Origin: a virus
Reading direction: 5' to 3' (one strand)
Length of the DNA: 64,000 nucleotides
Virus record (IMG/VR): IMGVR_UViG_3300045988_010345
The notes beneath the pieces are model-generated. The model saw only the letters and a list, made by a program, of their open reading frames with translations. It was not told the DNA's origin and did not search any database. The position numbers and the translations under genes were made by a program. Positions 40,831-50,320 of this stretch are shown here, one piece after another; position 1 is the first letter of the stretch; the number at the start of each line of letters is the position of its first letter.

Positions 40831-42342
40831 ATGGCTGGAAAATTAGGTAAGTTTCAAATGGTAGGCTTCCAACACTGGAAGGGTCTTACTAAGGAAAACC
40901 ACCTTGGTTCTATCTTTCAGTTAGCTCCACAGAAGGCTACAAACCTAATGGTGCAACTGTTGGCTTATTACAGAGGAAAGACACTTGACACATTCCTAAA
41001 TCAATTCCCAACAAGAGAGTTTGAGGATGATAATGAATACTATTGGGATGTTATTGGTTCTTCAAGAAGAAACATTCCTCTTGTAGAAGCAAGAGATGAA
41101 AATGGCATTGTTGTTACAGATGCCAGTGGTATGGTTGGAGTAGGCACTGCTCCTTTCTATTTAGTATTCCCTGAAGATTGGTTTGCTGATGGTGAGTACA
41201 TTGTAGGTAATCTGAATGAAATCTATCAGTTCAGAATACTTGGAGACCCAAGAATGGAGGGTACTAATGCAGTGTATAAGGTAGAGCTTGCTGGTGGTAA
41301 TACAGCAGGTGTTCCTGCTGAAAGATTGCTTGCAGGTGAGAGATTCTCAGTTGAGGCTGCATTTGTTGAGAAGGAACTTTCAAGAAAGGTTGGTGATGTA
41401 AGGTTTACAAGCCCTGTTTCTATGAGAAATGAGTGGTCTGTAGTAAGAATCCAACACAAGGTCCCAGGCTCTATGTTGAACAAGAAGCTGGCTGTAGGTA
41501 TTCCTATTGTTAAGGAAACTGAGGGTAGATATACTAAGTCAGTTGCTACAATGTGGATGCACAATGTAGATTGGGAAGTAGAGCAGCAATTCTCTGAGTA
41601 TAAGAACAATGCACTTGCATTTGGTAGAAGCAACAGAAATGCCAATGGTGAGTACATGAACTTTGGTAAGTCTGGTAATGTTATTAAGACAGGTGCTGGT
41701 CTGTTTGAGCAGATGGAAGTTGCTAATACTATGTATTACAACACATTTAGCTTGAAGCTCCTTGAAGATGCTCTATATGAGCTTTCTGCTTCTAAGTTAG
41801 ACTTTGGAGACAGATACTTCTTGATTAAGACTGGTGAAAGAGGTGCTATCCAATTCCATAAGGAAGTACTAAAGACAGTATCAGGTTGGACACAATTTGT
41901 TCTTGACAACAGCTCTATTGGTGTTATTCAAAAGACTCAATCTAAGTTGCATCAAAACTCATTGAGTGCTGGTTTCCAATTTGTTGAGTATAAGGCTCCT
42001 AATGGCGTTAGAGTCAAGATTGATGTAGACCCATTCTATGATGACCCAGTAAGAAACAAGATACTCCACCCAAATGGAGGTGTTGCCTTCTCTTACAGAT
42101 ATGATATTATGTACATTGGTACTATGGACCAACCTAATATCTTTAAGTGTAAGATTAAGGGTGACAATGAATACAGAGGTTATCAGTGGGGATTGAGAAA
42201 CCCATTCACAGGTCAAAAGGGTAATCCTTACATGTCATTTGATGAGGATTCTGCTGTAATTCACAGAATGGCTACTCTTGGTATCTGTGTTCTTGACCCA
42301 ACAAGAACTATGTCACTAATCCCTGCAATCCTACAGGGTTAA
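40831..42342 (+). CDS. major capsid protein (by size, position and expression signals)
   Basis: 503 aa in an operon with a consensus promoter and a strong terminator directly after the stop. Size fits crAss-like HK97-fold capsid proteins. Not verified by search. Confidence 0.55.
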   Translation: MAGKLGKFQMVGFQHWKGLTKENHLGSIFQLAPQKATNLMVQLLAYYRGKTLDTFLNQFPTREFEDDNEYYWDVIGSSRRNIPLVEARDENGIVVTDASGMVGVGTAPFYLVFPEDWFADGEYIVGNLNEIYQFRILGDPRMEGTNAVYKVELAGGNTAGVPAERLLAGERFSVEAAFVEKELSRKVGDVRFTSPVSMRNEWSVVRIQHKVPGSMLNKKLAVGIPIVKETEGRYTKSVATMWMHNVDWEVEQQFSEYKNNALAFGRSNRNANGEYMNFGKSGNVIKTGAGLFEQMEVANTMYYNTFSLKLLEDALYELSASKLDFGDRYFLIKTGERGAIQFHKEVLKTVSGWTQFVLDNSSIGVIQKTQSKLHQNSLSAGFQFVEYKAPNGVRVKIDVDPFYDDPVRNKILHPNGGVAFSYRYDIMYIGTMDQPNIFKCKIKGDNEYRGYQWGLRNPFTGQKGNPYMSFDEDSAVIHRMATLGICVLDPTRTMSLIPAILQG

Positions 42343-42350
42343 TGATAAAA

Positions 42351-42390
42351 AAGGAAAGTAGGATAAACTCCTGCTTTCCTTATTTTATTT
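42351..42390 (+). terminator. intrinsic terminator after the MCP gene
   Basis: AAGGAAAGTAGGA-TAAAC-TCCTGCTTTCCTT followed by ATTTTATTT. Confidence 0.7.
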
Positions 42391-42410
42391 AATATAATTA
42401 AGGAGAAGAT

Positions 42411-43433
42411 ATGGCAGAAAAGAAAATGGAAGAGAAGGTGGATTATACTGTACCTGACTTTGATATAGACAATACAGAGACTCCACTCCAGGAAGTACCA
42501 AAAGAAGAGGCTACTGTAAAAAGCCCTAAGAAAACACAAAAGAAAGTAGAAGTATCTGATGATGCCTTAGTTAGTTGTCTGAAAAATGAGAGAATTATTG
42601 TAAGACATGTACCTAAGCTGACAGGTATGTGGGGTAATAACCCTAAGCATGTATTGTCAGGAGGTATGGCAGAAGGTGCAATTAGAACATTTGTAGTACC
42701 AAGATTATCTTCAGGCATGTTCATTAATGTCCTTACAGACAAGGAAAAGGCATTTCTTGAGGAAATGATGGGTCTTGAATATAATGCACTAAGTATCTAT
42801 AAGAAGGTAGATAACTTCTGGGATGATTCTAATGAGAATGGTATCAATAAGGTAAGATTGACAAAGCAGGATAACTACTTCAATCTATCTGACCCAGAGG
42901 ACTACATCAGATATAAGATACTATTAGCCAACAAGGATTATATTGCTCCTTCACTGCAAGCATTGCAAGATACTCCTAAGGCTACTTACCAGTTTGTTAT
43001 CATTTCTGAGGGTGAAGAGACTAAGGTTGCTAAGAACAACATGAGCACTACAATGATGTGCTATAAAGAGTTTGGTAAGATTGAGAATGACGTTGATACA
43101 TTAAGAGTTATTGTTGAGACCATTGATGGTAGACCTACGTCACAGACTGCTAAACTTGAGTTCTTACAAACTAAGGTTAATAGCTTAATACAGGCTGATA
43201 GCAAGATATTCTTGAAGGTTATTACTGACCCAATGCTTTCTACAAAAGTTCTTATCAGGAGAGCTATAGAGGCAGGGCTAATCTCTAATAGGGGGAATTA
43301 TCTATATTTGAGAAAGGATAATACTCCACTTTGTGAGGCTAATGAAGAGCCTACATTAAATGTAGCAGCTAAATACTTAAACTCTCCTAAGCATCAAGAA
43401 GTTAAATTTGCTTTGGAAGCTAAGCTGAAGTAA
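42411..43433 (+). CDS. putative virion structural protein
   Basis: 340-aa ORF in the structural block. Confidence 0.5.
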   Translation: MAEKKMEEKVDYTVPDFDIDNTETPLQEVPKEEATVKSPKKTQKKVEVSDDALVSCLKNERIIVRHVPKLTGMWGNNPKHVLSGGMAEGAIRTFVVPRLSSGMFINVLTDKEKAFLEEMMGLEYNALSIYKKVDNFWDDSNENGINKVRLTKQDNYFNLSDPEDYIRYKILLANKDYIAPSLQALQDTPKATYQFVIISEGEETKVAKNNMSTTMMCYKEFGKIENDVDTLRVIVETIDGRPTSQTAKLEFLQTKVNSLIQADSKIFLKVITDPMLSTKVLIRRAIEAGLISNRGNYLYLRKDNTPLCEANEEPTLNVAAKYLNSPKHQEVKFALEAKLK

Positions 43434-43442
43434 GAAAAGAGT

Positions 43443-44579
43443 ATGACAACACAGGAATTTTCTAATGAATTTGAGGTTCTGTATAACAATATAATGAGCA
43501 ATCAGGCTCCAGGTCTTGATGAGTATGAGAAAAGTGTATTCTTAACTAAAGCTCAAGAGGAGTTAGTCAGAGATTACTTTAATAGTAGGAATGTAAAGAA
43601 TGCTCAAGGATTTGATGATAGTCAAAAAAGACAATATGACTTTAGTACATTGTTAAGTGGTGCAGAACTGTATGATTGTGCAGATAATATAAGGGCATTA
43701 GCTGCATCTAATTTGATTACATTTAATCCTGTTTTTGATAATAGGTCAAGAGTGTATCTTGCTCCATCAGATTTATTCTTAGCAATAAATGAGAGTATTG
43801 AAGATTCTGCAAAAAGAAGATATTCTGTATTACCTATATCTTATGATGAATATAATAGGCTTATGTCAAAGCCCTATGGCTTTCCATTAAAAAGACAAGC
43901 ATGGAGAATTATCTCTGATAGAATCCCATTTTTAGCAGGATGGGGTGGAAAACTGACTGATTCTGGAATATTTCTTTTTAAGAGTAAGTACTTCAAAGTT
44001 ATTAAAATTAGAATTAGAATCTCTAATTCTAATCTTATAAGTAAACCCTTTATAATTGAAGATGATAATGGCGTAGCGATAAACATGACTTTACCTATTA
44101 ATTTAATAGAGTATTGGCGTACTTATTTAGCAGATGATAGAAGTCTGAAATCAGCAGGATTAGATAAATATCTTTATCCCGTTACTCCAGATACAGGAAA
44201 TTTTCCTACAAAGGGTCCTACAGATACATCCTTATTTACTATAAATATTGCTCCTGCTACTATGGAATCTGGTGCAGCTGTACACACCTCTGCATTTGAA
44301 ATTATAGGCAGATTTACTGGTGATATAACATATAAAATGAGGTATATTAAAACCCCTAAGCCTATTATACTTGTAAATCTTTCTGATATTCAAGAGGGTT
44401 TATCTATTAATGGGTATAATACTGTTACTGAATGTGAACTCCCTCCCAATACTCACCAAGAAATATTACAAAGAGCAGTAGAATTGGCTAAGGCTAGTTA
44501 TCAAGGAGACCTATCTTCTGTTATACAGACAGGTAATGTTAGTGGTACTGATATAGGATATGTAAATAACCAAAGATAA
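43443..44579 (+). CDS. putative structural protein, tandem paralog A
   Basis: 378 aa. N-terminus (MTTQEFSNEF...DEYEKSVFLTKAQEE) and C-terminus (ECELPPNTHQEILQRAVELAK) match the next gene. Confidence 0.55.
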   Translation: MTTQEFSNEFEVLYNNIMSNQAPGLDEYEKSVFLTKAQEELVRDYFNSRNVKNAQGFDDSQKRQYDFSTLLSGAELYDCADNIRALAASNLITFNPVFDNRSRVYLAPSDLFLAINESIEDSAKRRYSVLPISYDEYNRLMSKPYGFPLKRQAWRIISDRIPFLAGWGGKLTDSGIFLFKSKYFKVIKIRIRISNSNLISKPFIIEDDNGVAINMTLPINLIEYWRTYLADDRSLKSAGLDKYLYPVTPDTGNFPTKGPTDTSLFTINIAPATMESGAAVHTSAFEIIGRFTGDITYKMRYIKTPKPIILVNLSDIQEGLSINGYNTVTECELPPNTHQEILQRAVELAKASYQGDLSSVIQTGNVSGTDIGYVNNQR

Positions 44580-45289
44580 TGACAACTGAAGAATTTTCTA
44601 ATGAGTTTGACACCTTACTGAATAGCTATTCTACCATAGAGGCATTTGGAAAGACACCTAGCACTGTTGAACTTGATGAATATGAGAAGTCTGTATTTCT
44701 CACTAAAGCTCAAGAAGAGATAGTGATAGATATGTATAATGGTAAGAATCCATTTGGAGACTCATTTGAGAAGACTGAGGAAATCAGAAGATACTTGAGT
44801 ACCCTAATAAAGACTTACACAACTACTGACAAGAAAGTAGGATATACAGGACTGTCCAAATCCTCAGTATTCTTTGAATTACCTAAAGATGACTTATGGT
44901 TTATAACCTATGAATCAGTTAATTTGAAAGATGATGGATTAGGATGTATGAGTGGTGAAGACATCTCTGTAATACCAATTACTCAAGATGAGTACCATAG
45001 AATAAGGAAAAATCCTTTCAGAGGTACTAATGAAAGAAGGGCTTTAAGACTTGATTTGAGTGATAAGGTAGTAGAGATAGTATCAAAATATAATGTGGAG
45101 AGTTATCTTATCAGATACCTTTCAAGACCTGCTCCCATTATATTAACTGATTTGACAGAAAACCTGTCAATCAATGGCATAAGTGTAAAAACAGAATGTG
45201 AATTGAACCCTGTAATACATAGAGCTATACTTGAGAGAGCAGTAAAACTTGCCATCATAAGTAGGGTTCCAAATGCAGGAAAAGAATAA
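44579..45289 (+). CDS. putative structural protein, tandem paralog B
   Basis: 236 aa with MTTEEFSNEF...DEYEKSVFLTKAQEE and ECELNPVIHRAILERAVKLA; TAATG junction with paralog A. Confidence 0.55.
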   Translation: MTTEEFSNEFDTLLNSYSTIEAFGKTPSTVELDEYEKSVFLTKAQEEIVIDMYNGKNPFGDSFEKTEEIRRYLSTLIKTYTTTDKKVGYTGLSKSSVFFELPKDDLWFITYESVNLKDDGLGCMSGEDISVIPITQDEYHRIRKNPFRGTNERRALRLDLSDKVVEIVSKYNVESYLIRYLSRPAPIILTDLTENLSINGISVKTECELNPVIHRAILERAVKLAIISRVPNAGKE

Positions 45290-45314
45290 ATTTGTAAACT
45301 AAATAATTATAATT

Positions 45315-46334
45315 ATGAGTGTTTTTTCAACAAACCAAGTAAGACAGCTTTATGTGGCAAAGGTACTGAAGACTCCTCGTGTACTTGCATCAGATACTGC
45401 TGGCTCTATTGCAGTAAAGAATGATACTGCAAAGAATCACCTGTATTTTGAATACAAGGGTGCTGACAACTTGATGAGAAGTGACCTGATTGACGTCAAG
45501 AATATCCTTTATGCTAAGGCTACTGATGCTGATGATATGGCACATGAGTTGAAGGCAGTTACAGTAACTCTTGATAGTGAAGTAAATGCAGCTCCTGTAG
45601 CTGGACAGGATTATATCCTAAGAATTGCATTCAAGCAGTATGTAGGTATGTCTGATGAAGACCAGTACTTCAAGTATGGTATGGTACATGCTTATGCAGG
45701 CATGACAGCTTCAGACTTCTACAAGAAGTTAGCTCTATCACTGGCTAAGAACTTTAGTAGAGAGGTAGTTCCTCTTGTTAAATTTATCTTGACAGATTCA
45801 AGTGATGAGGCAGTTCCTGTTGATGCTACTACAAAGGAAAGCTCTTTAACTGGAACTTACAAGGCACTTGTTATTGATGAGGTTGAGCAGCCTTGGAGAC
45901 TTGGTATCATGGAGCAAACTCCTGTATATTTTGAAGTACAGCCTGTCCCAGTTACTGTAAATGGTGATGAGAGAATTTGGGGTAAAGTAGAAGAAACTGA
46001 CCCTGCTGGCACCATTGCTAATGGCAAGAAGATTGCAGACCTTGAGTATTTCTGCATGGGTGAGAGAGGAGACATGTATAGAGGTATTGGTTATCCTAAC
46101 AATATTCCTACTACTTATCTTGTAGACCCAACTGTTAAGTATAATGTGATTGATATACACTATGCTTATGTAGGTAGCAATGAGTCAGTTCAGAAGTCTG
46201 AAAAGACAATTACTCTTGTAGTACCAAAGGTAGGAGCAACTAACTCAGTAAGTAATAAGCTAGCTAATGATATTATTAAGGCAATTAATACTGCTACAGG
46301 TTTGTCTATAGCTACTCTTAGTGTGGCAGGATAA
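45315..46334 (+). CDS. putative abundant structural protein (auxiliary capsid or decoration candidate)
   Basis: 339 aa, followed by a strong terminator. Confidence 0.45.
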   Translation: MSVFSTNQVRQLYVAKVLKTPRVLASDTAGSIAVKNDTAKNHLYFEYKGADNLMRSDLIDVKNILYAKATDADDMAHELKAVTVTLDSEVNAAPVAGQDYILRIAFKQYVGMSDEDQYFKYGMVHAYAGMTASDFYKKLALSLAKNFSREVVPLVKFILTDSSDEAVPVDATTKESSLTGTYKALVIDEVEQPWRLGIMEQTPVYFEVQPVPVTVNGDERIWGKVEETDPAGTIANGKKIADLEYFCMGERGDMYRGIGYPNNIPTTYLVDPTVKYNVIDIHYAYVGSNESVQKSEKTITLVVPKVGATNSVSNKLANDIIKAINTATGLSIATLSVAG

Positions 46335-46345
46335 AATAAACTAAT

Positions 46346-46376
46346 AAGGGAGGCTATTAAGTCTCCCTTTCTTTTT
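46346..46376 (+). terminator. intrinsic terminator
   Basis: AAGGGAG-loop-CTCCCTT followed by TCTTTTT. Confidence 0.7.
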
Positions 46377-46392
46377 ATGTAAGCATTTGATT

Positions 46393-46956
46393 ATGGTAAC
46401 ATTTCAAGAGTTAAGAATAACCCCTGATGGGCAAAAGCTGATTATAGATGTATCTGTCAAGGACTTAGAGTATTACACAAATGTATATCTTGATACTATA
46501 CAGATAGATACTCAAGATACCTTTGTTGAGTCTGGTCCAAGTAGTAAAGTTGTATATACAGAAGCTATAGGAGGAAATACTAAGTCAGCCAGATTAGAAC
46601 TAGGAACAGGACACCTATTACCAACTCTTAATGACAATCTTTTCTTTGTGTATGTTAGAACTAAGGGCACACCTTCTGCATATACTCCTTGTGGGATGGA
46701 TAATATTACTACATTGGGAGTTGTATCTAACCTTTATCCTCTGTACCAACATGCCTTTAGTTACATTAAAGAATTGAGTGATACTTGTTCTATTCCTAAG
46801 AACTTCATCAACTATATACTTCAATATAAAGCATTTGAACTTGCTATAAAGACAGGTCATTATACTGAGGCAATAAAGTATTGGAAGAGATTCTTTATGG
46901 GAATTAAAGACTCAGTGATAACCCCTAATTGTGGATGCTATGGACAAGGTACTTAA
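46393..46956 (+). CDS. hypothetical structural-module protein
   Basis: The track start at 46387 is a TTG; the ATG at 46393 gives MVTFQELRITPDG. Confidence 0.55.
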   Translation: MVTFQELRITPDGQKLIIDVSVKDLEYYTNVYLDTIQIDTQDTFVESGPSSKVVYTEAIGGNTKSARLELGTGHLLPTLNDNLFFVYVRTKGTPSAYTPCGMDNITTLGVVSNLYPLYQHAFSYIKELSDTCSIPKNFINYILQYKAFELAIKTGHYTEAIKYWKRFFMGIKDSVITPNCGCYGQGT

Positions 46957-47206
46957 TGAATCACTTACAAGATATTTCAATGTCCTATCAAAGTTAGGAT
47001 ATATGAGTTATTCAGAGGTAGATAAACTATTGGTGCTAATATTCATATATGATTTGCTTGAGAGTGATTGTAAGTCCTTTATAACAGAAGAAGAGTATAG
47101 AATTTTAGATAATGCCCTATACTGTTTATATGGTTCTACTTGCTTAATACCTTATCCAGAGTATATAGCAAGCACTTCAATCTCCTGTACAGGCAAGTCA
47201 GTATAA
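46940..47206 (+). CDS. hypothetical small protein
   Basis: The track start at 46931 is a GTG; the first ATG is at 46940 (88 aa). Confidence 0.5.
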   Translation: MDKVLNESLTRYFNVLSKLGYMSYSEVDKLLVLIFIYDLLESDCKSFITEEEYRILDNALYCLYGSTCLIPYPEYIASTSISCTGKSV

Positions 47207-47245
47207 TTATTACATTAATACTTCTGACATAAAAATAGTAAAATC

Positions 47246-47277
47246 CTTGTGTAACTGATAATAATTACTTATCTTTG
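47246..47277 (+). promoter_or_regulatory. Bacteroidota-type promoter of the tail operon
   Basis: CTTG at 47246-47249, 20-nt spacer, TATCTTTG at 47270-47277. It is embedded in the 12-bp inverted repeat AAAATCCTTGTG / CACAAGGATTTT. Confidence 0.6.
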
Positions 47278-47312
47278 CACAAGGATTTTTAGTTATAGTA
47301 AATAATGATGTT

Positions 47313-48002
47313 ATGAGCACATATAAAGAATTAACCTATATGGTACTTGATGAGTTGAAACTGTACTCAGATGATGCCCTATATACAGAGGAGCATGTAA
47401 TGTTTCTACTTGGTAAGTATAGGACATTTCTATTGAAACAGAGATACTCAGATGTAAAGAAGCAGATACCTGAGAGTAACTATCAGACTATATGCTTGGA
47501 TTTAATTGAGGTACCTGCTATATCAGGTGAACCTTGTGAAGGTGGTTTTTATCTAAGAAGTAAGGAGAAGATACCTTTCCTAATGAAGATAGGTAATCCC
47601 AAGGTATATCCAGTTGATTATTATCAAGGAGAGATTACCTATGTAAGTAGGGAAAGGATGAGATATGTAGGATATAATAAGTATCTGAAAAATATCATCT
47701 ATGCTTCTATTGGTCCAGATAATTATCTATACTTTAAGTCTTTCAATCCACAGTATTTGTATCTTGAAAAGGCAAGAATGACAGGTATATTTGAAGACCT
47801 ACAGGCTGCATCAGAATTGCAGTGTCCTAATGAGAATGGTGATACAGTATGTGATATATTAGATAGAGAGTTCCCTATAGAATCTGCATTAGTACCTCCA
47901 CTTATCCAGCTTGTAGTCGAAGAATTGACTAAGGCTGAATACAAGCCAGAAGACAAGGAAAATAATTCTGATGATGACTTATCTAATGTAACAACTAAAT
48001 AG
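47313..48002 (+). CDS. putative tail/connector protein
   Basis: 229-aa ORF, first gene of the operon. Confidence 0.45.
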   Translation: MSTYKELTYMVLDELKLYSDDALYTEEHVMFLLGKYRTFLLKQRYSDVKKQIPESNYQTICLDLIEVPAISGEPCEGGFYLRSKEKIPFLMKIGNPKVYPVDYYQGEITYVSRERMRYVGYNKYLKNIIYASIGPDNYLYFKSFNPQYLYLEKARMTGIFEDLQAASELQCPNENGDTVCDILDREFPIESALVPPLIQLVVEELTKAEYKPEDKENNSDDDLSNVTTK

Positions 48003-48008
48003 TGAGTT

Positions 48009-48578
48009 ATGGAATCTTGTCAAGAAGAGAAGGGTAGGGGATTGGTTGATTTCCTAAACTTCATTAAGAAAGTGAATGAGCCAAGGGTTCATAAGGTTAG
48101 AGGTTCTTATGGTGTATATGATGCCTATAAGTGGATAAGAAAGAATAGATGGCTCAATATTGGAAGATGCCTTACAGAACATGAGTTCTACAGCATTATA
48201 AGGAAGGTTAATGATTACTTAGCTGATAGTTTCCTTCATGGTAATGATATTAAGTTACCACATAGAATGGGTAGAATAGAGCTAAGGAAATATGATGTGA
48301 GAGTTAGTTTTGATGGTGAGAAAGTTAAGACTAACCTACCTATAGACTGGGATAAAACTCTTAAATTATGGTATGAAGATGAAGAAGCCTATAAGGAAAA
48401 AACACTTGTTAAAGTGGAGGAAAAAGAAATTTTTAAAGTCTACTATAATAAGCAATTAGCAGACTATAATAATCAGGTCTTCTATGAATTTAATATCAAT
48501 AGAGAACTGAAGAAGAGATTGAAACAAAGAATAAAAGAAGGAAAATTAGATGCTTTTATATTATGTGGGAAGATTTAA
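48009..48578 (+). CDS. putative tail/connector protein
   Basis: 189-aa ORF. Confidence 0.45.
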   Translation: MESCQEEKGRGLVDFLNFIKKVNEPRVHKVRGSYGVYDAYKWIRKNRWLNIGRCLTEHEFYSIIRKVNDYLADSFLHGNDIKLPHRMGRIELRKYDVRVSFDGEKVKTNLPIDWDKTLKLWYEDEEAYKEKTLVKVEEKEIFKVYYNKQLADYNNQVFYEFNINRELKKRLKQRIKEGKLDAFILCGKI

Positions 48579-49582
48579 ATATGAAACAAAGAGCTGCCTT
48601 TATAAAGATAGGAGTAAAAAATGGGTTATATGATTTAAATCATATAAAAAGTATCTATAATAAATATGCTGAAGGTGGACCTTTGGATGATGATGAGATA
48701 CTACTACCAGCAGTTAATTTAGGTGAGGTTAAAATACCTATTGTAGAAGGTACTGATGAAGTAGATACTCCAATAGTAATGCCAAAACCTAAAGATACTT
48801 ATAGCCCTGTGCCTCTTTCTAAGAAAACTCAAATGGAGGTATTTGGATTAAATAAGCCATATAATTCTTTACATAGAGATGAAGCACAGAGAGTTGGAGA
48901 TTTTTATAGAGATGATTATAGATATAGACTACAAAAAGAAGGTATTTCAAATCTTCCAACACAAAATGAAATTAATGAAGCTTTTAATAATGTAGCTATA
49001 AATGTTGGAAGTTCTAAAGATTTTAGAGACCCAAGAGTTGGAGGTACTTATAATTCATTTGAAAATTCTATTATAATGAATGATTATATAGAAAATAATA
49101 ATATGAACAGAGAAGCCAACTTAGCACATGAATTAAGTCATGCTTTAGACTCAACTTTTGGATTATCTTTTAATAATGAATCTAAAGAAAAATTAAGAAA
49201 GGCTTATGGAACTCTTAATATCTCTGGAGATAAAAGAGCTAATCTTAATAAGGAGCGTAGAGCTGTAAATACTTCTCTAAGGGAGACTATATCAAGAAGT
49301 ACTAATAAAACAAAAGAAGCATTAGATGATTATATAAACTCTATGAACTTGGAGGATATGCAAAATCATATAAACTCCCTAAAATCTAATTATATTAGAG
49401 GCTCTAATATAAATGAGCAAAACTTAGATAGTATAAAAGAAGCACTAAAAACAGTTGCATACTCACCAGTAAATAGAAACTCTTATTTTACCAACTATGC
49501 TAAGTTTGGAGGTCTATTAAAGAGTGAAGAGCCTTTTGAGACTTATTACAATTCTGCAAGTATGGGACTTGGATTCCATTAA
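48563..49582 (+). CDS. virion-module protein with HExxH zinc-metallopeptidase motif
   Basis: 339 aa with ANLAHELSHALDS. Confidence 0.45.
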   Translation: MWEDLNMKQRAAFIKIGVKNGLYDLNHIKSIYNKYAEGGPLDDDEILLPAVNLGEVKIPIVEGTDEVDTPIVMPKPKDTYSPVPLSKKTQMEVFGLNKPYNSLHRDEAQRVGDFYRDDYRYRLQKEGISNLPTQNEINEAFNNVAINVGSSKDFRDPRVGGTYNSFENSIIMNDYIENNNMNREANLAHELSHALDSTFGLSFNNESKEKLRKAYGTLNISGDKRANLNKERRAVNTSLRETISRSTNKTKEALDDYINSMNLEDMQNHINSLKSNYIRGSNINEQNLDSIKEALKTVAYSPVNRNSYFTNYAKFGGLLKSEEPFETYYNSASMGLGFH

Positions 49583-49614
49583 ATTTGGATACGATACTTT
49601 AAAGAAAATAAATA

Positions 49615-50319
49615 ATGGTAAAAGAATATAGCTATATAAATATAAGAGAAGTTCTAAGTAGAATACTGAGACATCCTCTTCTTCAAGATATTACTTTGGA
49701 ACAAGCTGTACAATATACTATTGATTTTATTGGTATATTTGGTATGCCTAAGTTATACCAAGATAAGGAAGAAGTATTACATATAGAAGATTATAGATGT
49801 CTATTACCTTGTGATTTAATATCTATCAATCAGATTAAGGAATGTAAGACTGGTGTATGCCTTAGGAGCATGACAGATAATTTCATGCCAAGAGAGCATG
49901 ATAGGAGTGTTGACCACAAGATACCACAAGAGTTATCTTTCAAAACACAAGGACAAGCACTATATGTATCCTTCAAGACAGGGGATGTATCAGTGTCCTA
50001 TGAGGCAATTCCAGTAGATAAGGATGGATTCCCACTACTTATTGATAATCCTGTATTCCTGAAAGCACTTGAGGCATATATAAAGAGAGAGGCATTTACC
50101 ATTCTATTTGATATGGGTAAGATTGCCCCTGCTGTATTACAGAATACTCAGCAACAGTATGCTTGGCTGGCTGGTCAATTACAGAGTGAATTTACTATCC
50201 CTTCCATATCAGAAATGGAAAGTATTAAAAGAAGTTGGTGTACATTATTGCAAAGAACTAGTGAGTTTAATAGTGGTTTTAAAAATAATGGAAGCCAAGA
50301 ATATATAAGACTACAATAA
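49615..50319 (+). CDS. putative tail protein
   Basis: 234-aa ORF. Confidence 0.45.
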   Translation: MVKEYSYINIREVLSRILRHPLLQDITLEQAVQYTIDFIGIFGMPKLYQDKEEVLHIEDYRCLLPCDLISINQIKECKTGVCLRSMTDNFMPREHDRSVDHKIPQELSFKTQGQALYVSFKTGDVSVSYEAIPVDKDGFPLLIDNPVFLKALEAYIKREAFTILFDMGKIAPAVLQNTQQQYAWLAGQLQSEFTIPSISEMESIKRSWCTLLQRTSEFNSGFKNNGSQEYIRLQ

Positions 50320-50320
50320 T

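Noticed and set aside
42339-42539. A 66-aa minus-strand track ORF between the MCP gene and the next structural gene.
   Set aside because: It overlaps the MCP terminator hairpin and the start of gene 42411..43433, is on the wrong strand for this arm, and has a low-complexity hydrophobic translation.
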